From positions 1 through 56,468 of IMG/VR virus record IMGVR_UViG_3300020282_000004: 56,468 nucleotides of DNA. One strand, written 5' to 3'. The DNA comes from a virus. Its lineage: Duplodnaviria; Caudoviricetes. The position numbers and the translations under genes are program-made. Positions 34,443 to 43,648 of this stretch are shown one piece after another. The first letter of the stretch is position 1, and each line of letters starts with the position of its first letter. Below the pieces are notes generated by a model that ran no database searches, was not told the DNA's origin, and saw only the letters and a program-made list of their open reading frames with translations.

Positions 34443-34594
34443 TGTCATATGAAGTATGGTTTGGACAAGACGGTAACTGGTTTGGTTACCACTCATTCAA
34501 ACACCGCATGGATGCTGTACGCTACGAGCTACGGTATCTTAAAATGTTTCCTAAATTAACTGTTGAGATACGGAGGAGAGAACATGCGAGTTAG
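34442..34594 (+). CDS. 50 aa early protein
   Basis: GAGGAG RBS, TGATG coupling; MSYEVWFGQDGNWFGYH...; not in ORF track. Confidence 0.5.
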   Translation: MSYEVWFGQDGNWFGYHSFKHRMDAVRYELRYLKMFPKLTVEIRRREHAS

Positions 34595-34772
34595 TCCCGA
34601 TGGATGGCGATACAAAGTCACACCCATAGACAGGGTGATCAACGACTGTAGGCGCAGAGCAGACGATGCTTGGTGGGATGGTAACGATGAAGAGGCCAAA
34701 CTACACGAGCAAGAACAGAAGCTATACGAGAAGGATAAAGAGGAGGGTGTACTTTGGGTTCCGAACTTTTAG
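34584..34772 (+). CDS. early hypothetical protein
   Basis: GGAGGAG RBS before ATG 34584; C-terminal EGVLWVPNF. Confidence 0.55.
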   Translation: MRVSPDGWRYKVTPIDRVINDCRRRADDAWWDGNDEEAKLHEQEQKLYEKDKEEGVLWVPNF

Positions 34773-34855
34773 CGGCAGCGTTTCCAATTATAATATCAGT
34801 GGGCTGGACAATAGGTTTTGTCCTGTTATGGATTGCACATGCAAGAGGAAAGTGA
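34754..34855 (+). CDS. 33 aa single-TM peptide
   Basis: GGAGGG RBS, TTG start; MGSELLAAAFPIIISVGWTIGFVLLWIAHARGK. Confidence 0.4.
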   Translation: MGSELLAAAFPIIISVGWTIGFVLLWIAHARGK

Positions 34856-34857
34856 CA

Positions 34858-35112
34858 ATGCACAAGATAAGAATGCGCCTTTTGATGATGTCACACATTG
34901 GGTGGGTAACCTACCTGACAAGAATAATGATAGTACTAAGCGTACTCTTAAACGTTATTCTTGGTGGCAGACTCAATCAAACATTCTCCGCAAGAAACTG
35001 GGAATGGAAACGAAACGGAAGAAATAATCTAGTGCGACTATTGGACACATTGCTAGGCGATGGTCATTGCAGTAGATCATGGGCATACTGGAAGGTAAGG
35101 AGGAAATGGTAA
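34858..35112 (+). CDS. small membrane-associated protein upstream of the integrase
   Basis: LSVLLNVILGG..NQTFSARNW...LDTLLGDGHC; start uncertain. Confidence 0.5.
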   Translation: MHKIRMRLLMMSHIGWVTYLTRIMIVLSVLLNVILGGRLNQTFSARNWEWKRNGRNNLVRLLDTLLGDGHCSRSWAYWKVRRKW

Positions 35113-36026
35113 TGAATATCCCGAAGCATAACTGTACGTTGGAAGAGGTGATAGACTTCTATCGTAACTCAGATGTTTATCGTAGGTTGTCCTCCTCCTC
35201 ACAAAAAGACTACGATAATCACTTGTCAGCTACACTCACTACTGAGGTAGAGGGCAAGATGCTTCGGGCATATCGCTGTAAGAACCTGAAGGTTCGACAC
35301 ATAACACAAGCATACGAGCAATGGCTGACAGTTGGTACACGTACTGCCAACTACAGACGCAGTGTCCTTTCTGCTGCGTGGAAACATGCCATGCGACATG
35401 ATGTGTTCATTCACAATCCAATCTCTTTGGTGCAGACCGTCACTGAGAAACCAAGGAGAGTACACTGGACACGTGAACAAGTGTCAATCTTTCTTGACAC
35501 AGCTTACAGCGACTTTCGCTGGCGTAGCATTGGCTTGATTGTGCATATGGCATACGACTGGGGTCAACGTGTAGGAGATGTTCGACTTCTTACATGGAAT
35601 AGTTTAGACTTAAACGAATGCAGAATAGATATGACACAAAGCAAACGTAATGCAGAAATACATCTCCCTATATCGCAGGGTTTGTGTACCATGCTACGTC
35701 AGCAGAAGGAGGAGTTTGGCTTTCAAGAGTACGTAGTACCAAGAGTGAAGCCTAGAGCAGGAGCATATACACCCTATGACAAAGAAGAAATCTCGTTACA
35801 TATCAATAAGATCCTGGAAGAAGCTAATCTACCTAAAGAGCTTACGGCTATGGATTTACGTAGGACAGCGGTCACAGAAATGATGGAAGGTGGTGTTGAC
35901 TTGGCAGGTATTATGCAAGTGACAGGACACCAGAATGCCGCATCAGTCAAGCCTTACATGGTCAACACATTTAGTGGTGCAAGCAAGGCACTAGCGGCAA
36001 GAGGTAAGCAAGATGAAGATGCGTGA
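35112..36026 (+). CDS. int: tyrosine recombinase / integrase
   Basis: AAGGAGG RBS; GQRVGD (R), QSKR (K), DLRRT, TGH, KPY catalytic pattern. Confidence 0.85.
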   Translation: MNIPKHNCTLEEVIDFYRNSDVYRRLSSSSQKDYDNHLSATLTTEVEGKMLRAYRCKNLKVRHITQAYEQWLTVGTRTANYRRSVLSAAWKHAMRHDVFIHNPISLVQTVTEKPRRVHWTREQVSIFLDTAYSDFRWRSIGLIVHMAYDWGQRVGDVRLLTWNSLDLNECRIDMTQSKRNAEIHLPISQGLCTMLRQQKEEFGFQEYVVPRVKPRAGAYTPYDKEEISLHINKILEEANLPKELTAMDLRRTAVTEMMEGGVDLAGIMQVTGHQNAASVKPYMVNTFSGASKALAARGKQDEDA

Positions 36027-36828
36027 GTTGATTGACAATCTTAATCTCAAGGATGGCGAGAGACACAGAGGTGACTGCCCTGAGTGCCGAGGTAGAAATA
36101 CATTCACCGTTGCCAATATATTTGGTGAGATAAAGTACAACTGTTTTAAGTTGGGTTGTAGAGTTGGTGGCATCTACGACACTGGCATGACAGCAGCAGA
36201 GATATTCCTACGCATGAGTGAGCAACAGTTTCAACGTGCGTATACAAACATAACGAAAGCGAAGGAGAGTATGGAGATACCTGAATACGTGGTGACACCA
36301 AAAGCATCACACACCAAGTACCAACGCTATGTAAGGCGATGGGGCATAGCAATAGGCGACACCATGTATGACGTAAAAGATGAACGTGTTGTCTTTCCTA
36401 TCAAGTATGATGGTAGGATAATTGATGCAGTGGGTAGAGCAGTTGGTAAGAAGCAACACCCCAAGTGGTATCGCTACACAGGCGAGGCCGATTACTACAC
36501 CATAGGTATTGGCAAGACACTGGTGATAGTAGAGGATGTAGTGTCTGCTATAGTTGCGGCACAAGAGATACCATACATCACAGCTATGGCTATCCTGGGT
36601 ACTAGCATGAACCCTAAACACTTTGAGAAGATAGGAGAGTATGACAAGACTATCATAGCTCTTGACCCTGACGCTGTAGGCAAGACAGTTGAGTATCGCA
36701 GAGAGATAGAACTGTGGACAGGACGCAAGACAACAGCAATGAATCTTATAGACGACATAAAGTATCGTGAGTTTGAAGATATGGAAAAACTAAAGGAGTT
36801 GGTAAATGAAATTAGCAGTAGTGATTGA
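36013..36828 (+). CDS. DNA primase (Zn finger + TOPRIM)
   Basis: CPEC...CFKLGC; VIVEDVVSA, ILGT, ALDPDA. Confidence 0.85.
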   Translation: MKMRELIDNLNLKDGERHRGDCPECRGRNTFTVANIFGEIKYNCFKLGCRVGGIYDTGMTAAEIFLRMSEQQFQRAYTNITKAKESMEIPEYVVTPKASHTKYQRYVRRWGIAIGDTMYDVKDERVVFPIKYDGRIIDAVGRAVGKKQHPKWYRYTGEADYYTIGIGKTLVIVEDVVSAIVAAQEIPYITAMAILGTSMNPKHFEKIGEYDKTIIALDPDAVGKTVEYRREIELWTGRKTTAMNLIDDIKYREFEDMEKLKELVNEISSSD

Positions 36829-37087
36829 CGTGGACGGTGACATCATGTATGTACCAGAGGGTAAAGTGTTTCCAAACTTTCCAGCACCAAAGGTATTTGA
36901 CAATATTGCAGACGCAGAAGAGGAACGTGACAAGTGGAACACTGGTATAATTGTTGACCTTGACAATAACAACAAGACTGTGCCTACAATTAGACCGTTC
37001 AATGATGAGGAAAGACAGAGAGCGAAAGAGCGAGAGGAGATGAACAGAGATGATGGAACTAGCACTGGTCAAAACTCTACTCAATAG
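36806..37087 (+). CDS. small conserved protein between primase and helicase
   Basis: AAGGAG RBS; DVDGDIMYV...KWNTG. Confidence 0.6.
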   Translation: MKLAVVIDVDGDIMYVPEGKVFPNFPAPKVFDNIADAEEERDKWNTGIIVDLDNNNKTVPTIRPFNDEERQRAKEREEMNRDDGTSTGQNSTQ

Positions 37088-38273
37088 AGAGTTTTATGAC
37101 AAACACAAGGGTGTGCATTGCCCTGAACGTATATTCAGTAAGGATGTGCGTAAGATAAAGCAAGCGTTGGATACGGCTATGGAGACATACGATGGTGACC
37201 TGTCTGTGTCTGACTTACAGGCTGTGTTCAATCGCATGAATGCAAGTATGACTACATCCACAAAGACAGCATATGAAGATTTGTTTAAGCGTATCAACAT
37301 AGCTGAACCTATCAAAAGTGAGATAGCAAAGGATACATTGTCTCAGTTGTTTCAGCAACACGTAGGTGACCTTGTAGCTAACCTTGGTTTTAATTTTGTG
37401 AACGGTACAGAAAATACCCTTGAACCATTGCGTAAAATATTAGAGGAATATAAAGATGACTTTACTCCAAATACACGTATCGAGTGGGATGATCACAGTT
37501 TTGATACTGTGCTTGCTTTATCTCAGCAAGAAGCCAGATGGAAAATTAACATCCCTCCCCTGGCTGATAGGGTGGAAGGAATCAGTGGCGGTCATTTCGT
37601 TGTGGTTGGTGCTAGACCTAATTCTGGTAAGACTTCTTTTCATTCCTCACTTGTAGCAGCAGAGGGTGGCTTCGCACATCAGGGTGCTAAATGTATATTG
37701 CTTACAAACGAAGAAGCATATAATCGTGTAGTGTTACGTTATATAGGTGCATCATCAAAGATGTGTATCAAAGAAGAGCTACCAAGAAATATACCACTGG
37801 CTCAAGCTAGATATAAACCTGTGGCTGATAAAATAAAGATTAAAGATTCAACTGGCAAAAACATGGACTGGGTTGAGTCTGTAGTAAAGCAAGAAAGACC
37901 TGACATTGTTATACTGGACATGGGAGATAAGTTTGCTACACCGACCACTGATCGCCCAGATATAACTCTTAGAATTGCTGCGATACACGCACGTAACATA
38001 GCAAAAGAATATAACTGTGCTGTGTTTTGGATGTCACAATTATCTGCTGAAGCACAAGACAGGGTTGCCCCTAACATGTCAATGCTAGAGGGTAGTAAAA
38101 CAGGTAAAGCTGCTGAAGCTGACCTAATGATACTAATTGGTATGGCTGCTGAAACAGAGGGTGAAGAGCAAAATAGTATGCGGTATATTAACGTAGCAAA
38201 AAATAAACTTACTGGATGGCATGGTAAAATACCAGCTATGCTTGATGTGAAGCGTGGTATATATAAAAGATGA
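37050..38273 (+). CDS. replicative SF4 (DnaB/T7 gp4-like) helicase
   Basis: Walker A GARPNSGKT, ILDMGDK, SQLS, GSKTGKAAEADL, KNK. Confidence 0.88.
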   Translation: MMELALVKTLLNREFYDKHKGVHCPERIFSKDVRKIKQALDTAMETYDGDLSVSDLQAVFNRMNASMTTSTKTAYEDLFKRINIAEPIKSEIAKDTLSQLFQQHVGDLVANLGFNFVNGTENTLEPLRKILEEYKDDFTPNTRIEWDDHSFDTVLALSQQEARWKINIPPLADRVEGISGGHFVVVGARPNSGKTSFHSSLVAAEGGFAHQGAKCILLTNEEAYNRVVLRYIGASSKMCIKEELPRNIPLAQARYKPVADKIKIKDSTGKNMDWVESVVKQERPDIVILDMGDKFATPTTDRPDITLRIAAIHARNIAKEYNCAVFWMSQLSAEAQDRVAPNMSMLEGSKTGKAAEADLMILIGMAAETEGEEQNSMRYINVAKNKLTGWHGKIPAMLDVKRGIYKR

Positions 38274-40321
38274 GATTAGTATTAGATGTAGAGAACACCG
38301 TCACCAAGCGTGACGATAAGGTTCACCTAGATCCTTTCGAGCCTAGTAATCACTTGGTGCAGGTAGGTATGCTGGATGCCGATGACCCTAAAGCTACCTT
38401 CACTATTAAGACACTAGATCACAACGAACTCACAGACTTCACAGGCTTTCAGTCACTTGACATACAGTGGACGCTGGACAATACCAAGCTACTCATTATG
38501 CACAACGCACAGCATGACTTGATGTGGCTGTGGGAGTGTGGCTACAAGTATGACGGTGACATCTATGACACCATGCTCGCTGAGTATATACTAGATCGTG
38601 GACAGAGAAATGGGCTAAGCTTAGAGGCTTGTGCAGAACGTAGACAACTAGGGGTACAGAAGGATGACACACTCAAGAAATATTTTAAGGAAGGTAAGAA
38701 CACAAATGAAATACCCTTGCAGGAACTTTGTCATTATCTCAAGCATGACTTGTTTACTACTTGCGAGTTGTTCCATGCCCAAGAGAGAGACTTTTCACTT
38801 CCCGAAGCATCTTCCCTTAGTACAATCAAGAGAGTTACCTTTAATACCTGTAAGACCCTCACCGAAATTTATAGGACAGGATTCAAAGTCGATCTTCAAG
38901 AGTTGGGGCGAGTAGCAAAGGAGTTTGAGAATGAGAAAGCGGAGATTGAAACAAGGCTGCAAAAGAAAGTCAGGGAACTTATGGGCGACACTCCGATCAA
39001 CCTACGCTCACCTGAACAGAAGTCGCAAGTCCTCTTCAGCAGAAGGGTACATGACAAAAAAGAATGGTCTGATCTCTTCGAGTTCACATCGACACAAGAA
39101 GAGTTTAAGGATGCCGTTAAAGCAAACTCGTCACCGATCTACAGGACTACGGCATACACCTGTCCTACTTGCGAGGGGCAGGGTAAAGTATACCGACTTA
39201 AAAAAGATGGAACAAAGTTTGCTAGACCTAATAAATGCAAAGATTGTAATGCGAAAGGATACAAACTAAAAGAGGGCAAGCAAGTAGCAGGGCTACGCTT
39301 TACTGCACCCAGTAAGAAGTGGGTCAGTGCCAATGGATTTAACACAGGAAAGGATGAACTAGATGTACTATCTGCAACTGCTAAGAACAATAGAATGGAC
39401 GAGGCTCTTAGTTTCATTTCTGATCTTAAACGCCATAATGCTGTTAGCTCTTACCTATCTTCTTTTGTCAACGGAATACGTGCCTATACAAAACCCAATG
39501 GATTCCTGCACGTTGGACTCACCCAACATATTACAGCTACTGGACGTTTCAGTGGACGCAACCCCAACATGCAGAACATGCCTCGTGGAGGTACATTCCC
39601 TGTAAAGAAAGTATTTATATCAAGATTTGACAACGGATTAATTATGGAGGCCGACTTTGCACAACTCGAATTTAGGACAGCAGCGTTCTTGGCACAGGAT
39701 GAAACAGCGATGGGAGAAATCTCAACTGGTTTCGATGTACATGCTTACACAGCAAAAGTTATTACTGATGCAGGACAACCAACGTCACGTCAAGCAGCTA
39801 AAGAACACACGTTCGCTCCGCTTTTTGGAGCAACAGGTTACGGAAGATCAAAAGCAGAAGCAACCTACTACGAACACTTCAACAATAAGTACAAAGGCAT
39901 AGCCAGGTGGCACAAGAAGTTAGCTGAAGAGGCACTACAATTCCTAAAGATAACAAACGTATCAGGCAGACAGTACGCCTTTCCTGATGTGACAAGACGT
40001 AGCAGTGGCACACCAACGCACTTTACTATGATAAAGAATTACCCAGTGCAGGGCTTTGCTACAGGTGATGTAGTACCAGTGATACTTAATGAAATGCATG
40101 AACGCTTGCGGCATATGCAGTCGTGTTTGGTTAATACTGTACACGATTCTATGGTGGTTGATGTGCATCCCGATGAGAAAGACCTAGTGCTATCACTGGT
40201 GTGGACACTTAACCAAGACTTAAACAAAATTATAGAGGAGACATACGGAATTGAAATGAACGTGCCTATGCTTTTAGAAGCAAAAATAGGAAAAAACTGG
40301 CTTGACACAGTTGATATATAG
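38270..40321 (+). CDS. polA: family A DNA polymerase with 3'-5' exonuclease and DnaJ-like Zn-finger insert
   Basis: ExoI LDVE, HNAQHDL, motif A DFAQLEFR, motif B RQAAKEHTF, NYPVQG, motif C VHDS; CPTCEGQG/CKDCNAKG. Confidence 0.93.
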   Translation: MRLVLDVENTVTKRDDKVHLDPFEPSNHLVQVGMLDADDPKATFTIKTLDHNELTDFTGFQSLDIQWTLDNTKLLIMHNAQHDLMWLWECGYKYDGDIYDTMLAEYILDRGQRNGLSLEACAERRQLGVQKDDTLKKYFKEGKNTNEIPLQELCHYLKHDLFTTCELFHAQERDFSLPEASSLSTIKRVTFNTCKTLTEIYRTGFKVDLQELGRVAKEFENEKAEIETRLQKKVRELMGDTPINLRSPEQKSQVLFSRRVHDKKEWSDLFEFTSTQEEFKDAVKANSSPIYRTTAYTCPTCEGQGKVYRLKKDGTKFARPNKCKDCNAKGYKLKEGKQVAGLRFTAPSKKWVSANGFNTGKDELDVLSATAKNNRMDEALSFISDLKRHNAVSSYLSSFVNGIRAYTKPNGFLHVGLTQHITATGRFSGRNPNMQNMPRGGTFPVKKVFISRFDNGLIMEADFAQLEFRTAAFLAQDETAMGEISTGFDVHAYTAKVITDAGQPTSRQAAKEHTFAPLFGATGYGRSKAEATYYEHFNNKYKGIARWHKKLAEEALQFLKITNVSGRQYAFPDVTRRSSGTPTHFTMIKNYPVQGFATGDVVPVILNEMHERLRHMQSCLVNTVHDSMVVDVHPDEKDLVLSLVWTLNQDLNKIIEETYGIEMNVPMLLEAKIGKNWLDTVDI

Positions 40322-40330
40322 TGTATAACT
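40302..40330 (+). promoter_or_regulatory. promoter TTGACA-N16-TATAACT at the end of polA
   Basis: About 30 nt upstream of the 40363 ATG; matches three other sites. Confidence 0.6.
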
Positions 40331-40362
40331 AAAGCTCTTTAACTCTATGAAAAGGATATAGA

Positions 40363-41238
40363 ATGAGTAATGAACTAGCAATAGCAACAGAGCGTGGTAA
40401 ATCAATGGCAGAACTAATGGGAGTGTCGTCTGCACCCTCACAGGATCTCATGCCAACGATAGCACGTTTATCACTACAGCAAATGCAGCCTATTATGGGT
40501 GAAGTAGAACTCAATGGTAAGAAGATAAAGACCGAGGTAGTACCTATTGGCTCGTTCAAGCTGGATACTGGAGATAAAACAGTATACAGTGAGACTGCCA
40601 CGGTACGTGTCTTTGCCCAGCGCAAACAACTACAACGCTGGAATAGTGAGACAGAAGAGATGGAAAAGTCTGTGATGGCTAACGACACCAATGGCGACTT
40701 GAAAGATAGCATTGGTGGTTTCAACTTAGGCAGACCAGCAGGTTACATCCAAGACTTTGAGTCTTTACCTGAAGAAACCAAACAGCTTATACGTTCAGTG
40801 AAGCTTGTTAGTGTTATATATGGCACAGTTACAATGAAGAACCCTATAAACAACGAGGGTACAACTGTGGCTGACATAGAAGACGTGCCATTTGTTATGG
40901 ACATCAAGAACAACGATAGTAAGAAAAGTATTAATGGTGTGATGAATCACCTTAAAAAGAAAAAATTACTACCTATTATGTCCACAATAGAACTTGAAGG
41001 TATTACTGGTACGGTAGCCAGTGGTGCTAAGTTTGGTAAGATAAGTGCTAAATTAGGTACGCCTTGTGAGATAAGTGGCACGGACAATGACACACTCAAA
41101 GACTTTATTGAACTAATTGAGTATAACAATGGCAGGATTCTTGACCTACACCATGAACGTGCTAAAGTTGGTACAGATGGTGACACAGAGCTTGTTGAGG
41201 CTATTCTCAATAATGACTTTGTTGAGGTTGACGAGTAA
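40363..41238 (+). CDS. putative ssDNA-binding/annealing protein
   Basis: 291 aa after polA, acidic/aromatic C-tail NDFVEVDE, own promoter. Confidence 0.5.
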   Translation: MSNELAIATERGKSMAELMGVSSAPSQDLMPTIARLSLQQMQPIMGEVELNGKKIKTEVVPIGSFKLDTGDKTVYSETATVRVFAQRKQLQRWNSETEEMEKSVMANDTNGDLKDSIGGFNLGRPAGYIQDFESLPEETKQLIRSVKLVSVIYGTVTMKNPINNEGTTVADIEDVPFVMDIKNNDSKKSINGVMNHLKKKKLLPIMSTIELEGITGTVASGAKFGKISAKLGTPCEISGTDNDTLKDFIELIEYNNGRILDLHHERAKVGTDGDTELVEAILNNDFVEVDE

Positions 41239-41984
41239 TGGGCAAAGAGTCTAACCACTGGTATGACAAAACAGGTAAAGCTGCATACACAACTCTGGAC
41301 TCTAAAGGTAAGGAGCGCAGCACCAATCTAAGGGATGCTAGAAAACACGGATATGTACCGTCTGTTACTACTATCCTTGGTGTTGCGGCCAAGCCCTCAC
41401 TTGAGAATTGGAAAGTTAACCAAGCCATAAATGCTGCACTTGCATTAGAAAAAAGAAAAGGTGAAACAGACACACAGTTTCTATACAGATGTAAAGAGTA
41501 CTCAAGAAGTGTGGGTAAAGAAGCAGCAGAAAAGGGTACGATTATCCATGCTATGATAGAGCAAGGCTTTGAGGGTGGAGAAGAAACAAAACCCTATATC
41601 AAAATAAAAGAGTACTTGGATAAAAAGTTTCCCAATGAGAAGTGGACTTCAGAGGCTTCGTTCTGTGCTGAAGATGGTTATGGTGGCAAGATAGACTTAC
41701 ATTCTGAGTCGGGTATCTTTGTTGACTTTAAAACAAAAGACAACTTGAGTGGTAAAGAAGGAGCCAGGCTTGTGTTTGATGAGCATGGTATGCAGTTGTC
41801 AGCCTATGCCAATGGCTGTGGATTCAATGACCCTGAAAGAGTTTCTATCTTTGTTGACAGAGAAGATCCAGAGTTAATAGTTCCATACAAATGGGACAAA
41901 GAAACACACCCTAAACACTTACAGATGTTTAAAAGTTTACTGACATACTGGAAGCTGTTTAAAAACTATGACCCTTCTAAGTGA
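41238..41984 (+). CDS. PD-(D/E)XK exonuclease
   Basis: PSVTTIL, GTIIH, E...YGGKIDL...VDFKT, QLSAY. Confidence 0.8.
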   Translation: MGKESNHWYDKTGKAAYTTLDSKGKERSTNLRDARKHGYVPSVTTILGVAAKPSLENWKVNQAINAALALEKRKGETDTQFLYRCKEYSRSVGKEAAEKGTIIHAMIEQGFEGGEETKPYIKIKEYLDKKFPNEKWTSEASFCAEDGYGGKIDLHSESGIFVDFKTKDNLSGKEGARLVFDEHGMQLSAYANGCGFNDPERVSIFVDREDPELIVPYKWDKETHPKHLQMFKSLLTYWKLFKNYDPSK

Positions 41985-42412
41985 CTACTAGAAGACATAA
42001 CAAAAAGTTATATCGTAGCGGCCTTGAACAGGAGGCTGCTGCGTTTTTAAAGCTGAGACAAAAGAAGGTAGAGTATGAGAAGATAAAGATAGAGTGGGAG
42101 GACTTACGCTATCGCACATACACACCAGACTTTGAATTGGACAACGGAATAATAATAGAAACAAAAGGAATATTTAGTGCAGCCGATAGGCGTAAGCACA
42201 TAGAGATACAAAGACAGCACCCAAAGTTAGACATTAGATTTGTCTTTAGTAATGCAAAGGCTAGATTATACAAAGGAGCTAAGTCTAGGTACTGTGACTG
42301 GTGTGAGCAGAAACAATTTAAGTGGGCGCATCGTGTCATACCTGAAGGGTGGTTGTTAGAGAAAGGCAAGCGGATGAAACATCAGCGTGTCCTAGTTAAA
42401 AGGAGATCGTAA
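41981..42412 (+). CDS. endonuclease I (T7 gp3-like Holliday junction resolvase)
   Basis: YRSGLE, YTPDF.L.NGIIIETKG.F...DR.KH, DIRFVF. Confidence 0.88.
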   Translation: MTTRRHNKKLYRSGLEQEAAAFLKLRQKKVEYEKIKIEWEDLRYRTYTPDFELDNGIIIETKGIFSAADRRKHIEIQRQHPKLDIRFVFSNAKARLYKGAKSRYCDWCEQKQFKWAHRVIPEGWLLEKGKRMKHQRVLVKRRS

Positions 42413-42768
42413 TGTCTTACGAATTAAAAGATGGTGACGTTGCCATAGTCATAAGCCCTCAGATAAATGAGGATGGTGACTGGGAGGGTATACTCAGAAC
42501 AGGTATGGTCTTTGGTGAATCTAAAAACCAAACAGCTATGCGTTCTGCAATGGACTATGCTCTTACTATGGCAGCAGCATCAGAAGTACTAGAAGATTAT
42601 CCTGAGTTGATTGAATACTTTGATGATGCAAGACATAAGATACTAAAAGAAATGTTCCCCGATCAGTATGCACAATCAGAGCTTGAACTCAAGAAGGATA
42701 GAGAGTATACAACTGAGGGTAATGTAATTAAATTAACTAAATGGACAAAAACACTGGGTGAAGCATGA
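42412..42768 (+). CDS. conserved hypothetical protein
   Basis: AAGGAG RBS; C-terminal GNVIKL...TKTLGEA. Confidence 0.6.
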   Translation: MSYELKDGDVAIVISPQINEDGDWEGILRTGMVFGESKNQTAMRSAMDYALTMAAASEVLEDYPELIEYFDDARHKILKEMFPDQYAQSELELKKDREYTTEGNVIKLTKWTKTLGEA

Positions 42769-43052
42769 GCAAAGACTTAGAAGAAGAATTTAGCATAGAC
42801 GATATGTTGAATGAATTTGATGATGAAAAGATAGAAGAGGTGGTAAACAGCCCCTATCACTATCGCCAATCAAGTGTCGAGTGTATTGACGCTATACTAT
42901 CTGCAACGCATGAGATGCGTGAGGGATACCTACAGGGTAACATTATAAAGTATCTATGGAGATACAGGTATAAGAATGGTATGGAGGATCTCAAGAAAGC
43001 ACAATGGTACTTGAACAAACTAATAGAGGTGTACAAAGAGACTCACAAATGA
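42765..43052 (+). CDS. DUF3310 / T7 gp1.7-like (putative nucleotide kinase domain)
   Basis: VNSPYHY...ECIDAI...GNIIKYLWRYRYKNGMEDLKKAQWYL. Confidence 0.85.
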   Translation: MSKDLEEEFSIDDMLNEFDDEKIEEVVNSPYHYRQSSVECIDAILSATHEMREGYLQGNIIKYLWRYRYKNGMEDLKKAQWYLNKLIEVYKETHK

Positions 43053-43216
43053 TACGCAGATTTAGTGTGACGTATGTCATGGAGGTAGATGAGGACAACA
43101 ACTTCTTGTCTGCTCACGAAGAAGGACATACAGAAGACGTACATGATTTAGTAAGCAATGTCATGCATGATGTGGATGATGTTAAGATACAAAACTTGAT
43201 TGTCAAGGAGAGATAA
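43049..43216 (+). CDS. small acidic hypothetical protein
   Basis: ATGA overlap at 43049; MIRRFSVTYVMEVDEDNNFL. Confidence 0.55.
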   Translation: MIRRFSVTYVMEVDEDNNFLSAHEEGHTEDVHDLVSNVMHDVDDVKIQNLIVKER

Positions 43217-43305
43217 TGACAGACATGACAGACATATACATGGCTGCAACTATACTGTTTTGGTTAGTTGTAATGATTGTATATTTAGTGTGGTATAAAA
43301 AATGA
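43216..43305 (+). CDS. 29 aa single-TM peptide
   Basis: AAGGAG RBS, TAATG coupling; MTDMTDIYMAATILFWLVVMIVYLVWYKK. Confidence 0.5.
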   Translation: MTDMTDIYMAATILFWLVVMIVYLVWYKK

Positions 43306-43442
43306 AAGGTATACTATGGCCTTTTCTTTTTTGTTTCTTTGTTATTTGTATTTTGCCTGTGCTATTAGTAGACAATGCAAAATACTGTAGACAAAGTATT
43401 ATACCTTGTTATCCGTGGACGGAGCCAGTAGAATGGAATTAG
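43302..43442 (+). CDS. 46 aa TM peptide with C-x6-C tail
   Basis: ATGA coupling; MKGILWPFLFCFFVICILPVLLVDNAKYCRQSIIPCYPW. Confidence 0.5.
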   Translation: MKGILWPFLFCFFVICILPVLLVDNAKYCRQSIIPCYPWTEPVEWN

Positions 43443-43648
43443 ATGTAAAGAAAGCTGCACTTGAAGAAGCTGAAAAAACATTTGAAGCATTTATACTTTG
43501 GTCAAAGAGAGTAACTCTGGTAGCTATATTCTTTTTGTTGCTGGTAGTTTTTAAATGTAACAATGGTGTTGAGACTGGTAAGAATGCTACTGGTTCTAAA
43601 TATAATGGTGAACAATATAACCCAAGCAACATAAAGGTAAAAAAATGA
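43433..43648 (+). CDS. single-TM protein resembling aa3 cytochrome c oxidase subunit IV (CtaH)
   Basis: GGAG RBS; EAEKTFEAFILWSKRVTLVAIFFLLLVVF resembles the CtaH (E/Q).TF.GF+TM pattern. Confidence 0.45.
   Translation: MELDVKKAALEEAEKTFEAFILWSKRVTLVAIFFLLLVVFKCNNGVETGKNATGSKYNGEQYNPSNIKVKK

Noticed and set aside
34818-35027. 69 aa ORF overlapping 34858-35112 in another frame
   Set aside because: Cannot tell whether this is dual coding; the other frame has the more convincing motif and couples to int
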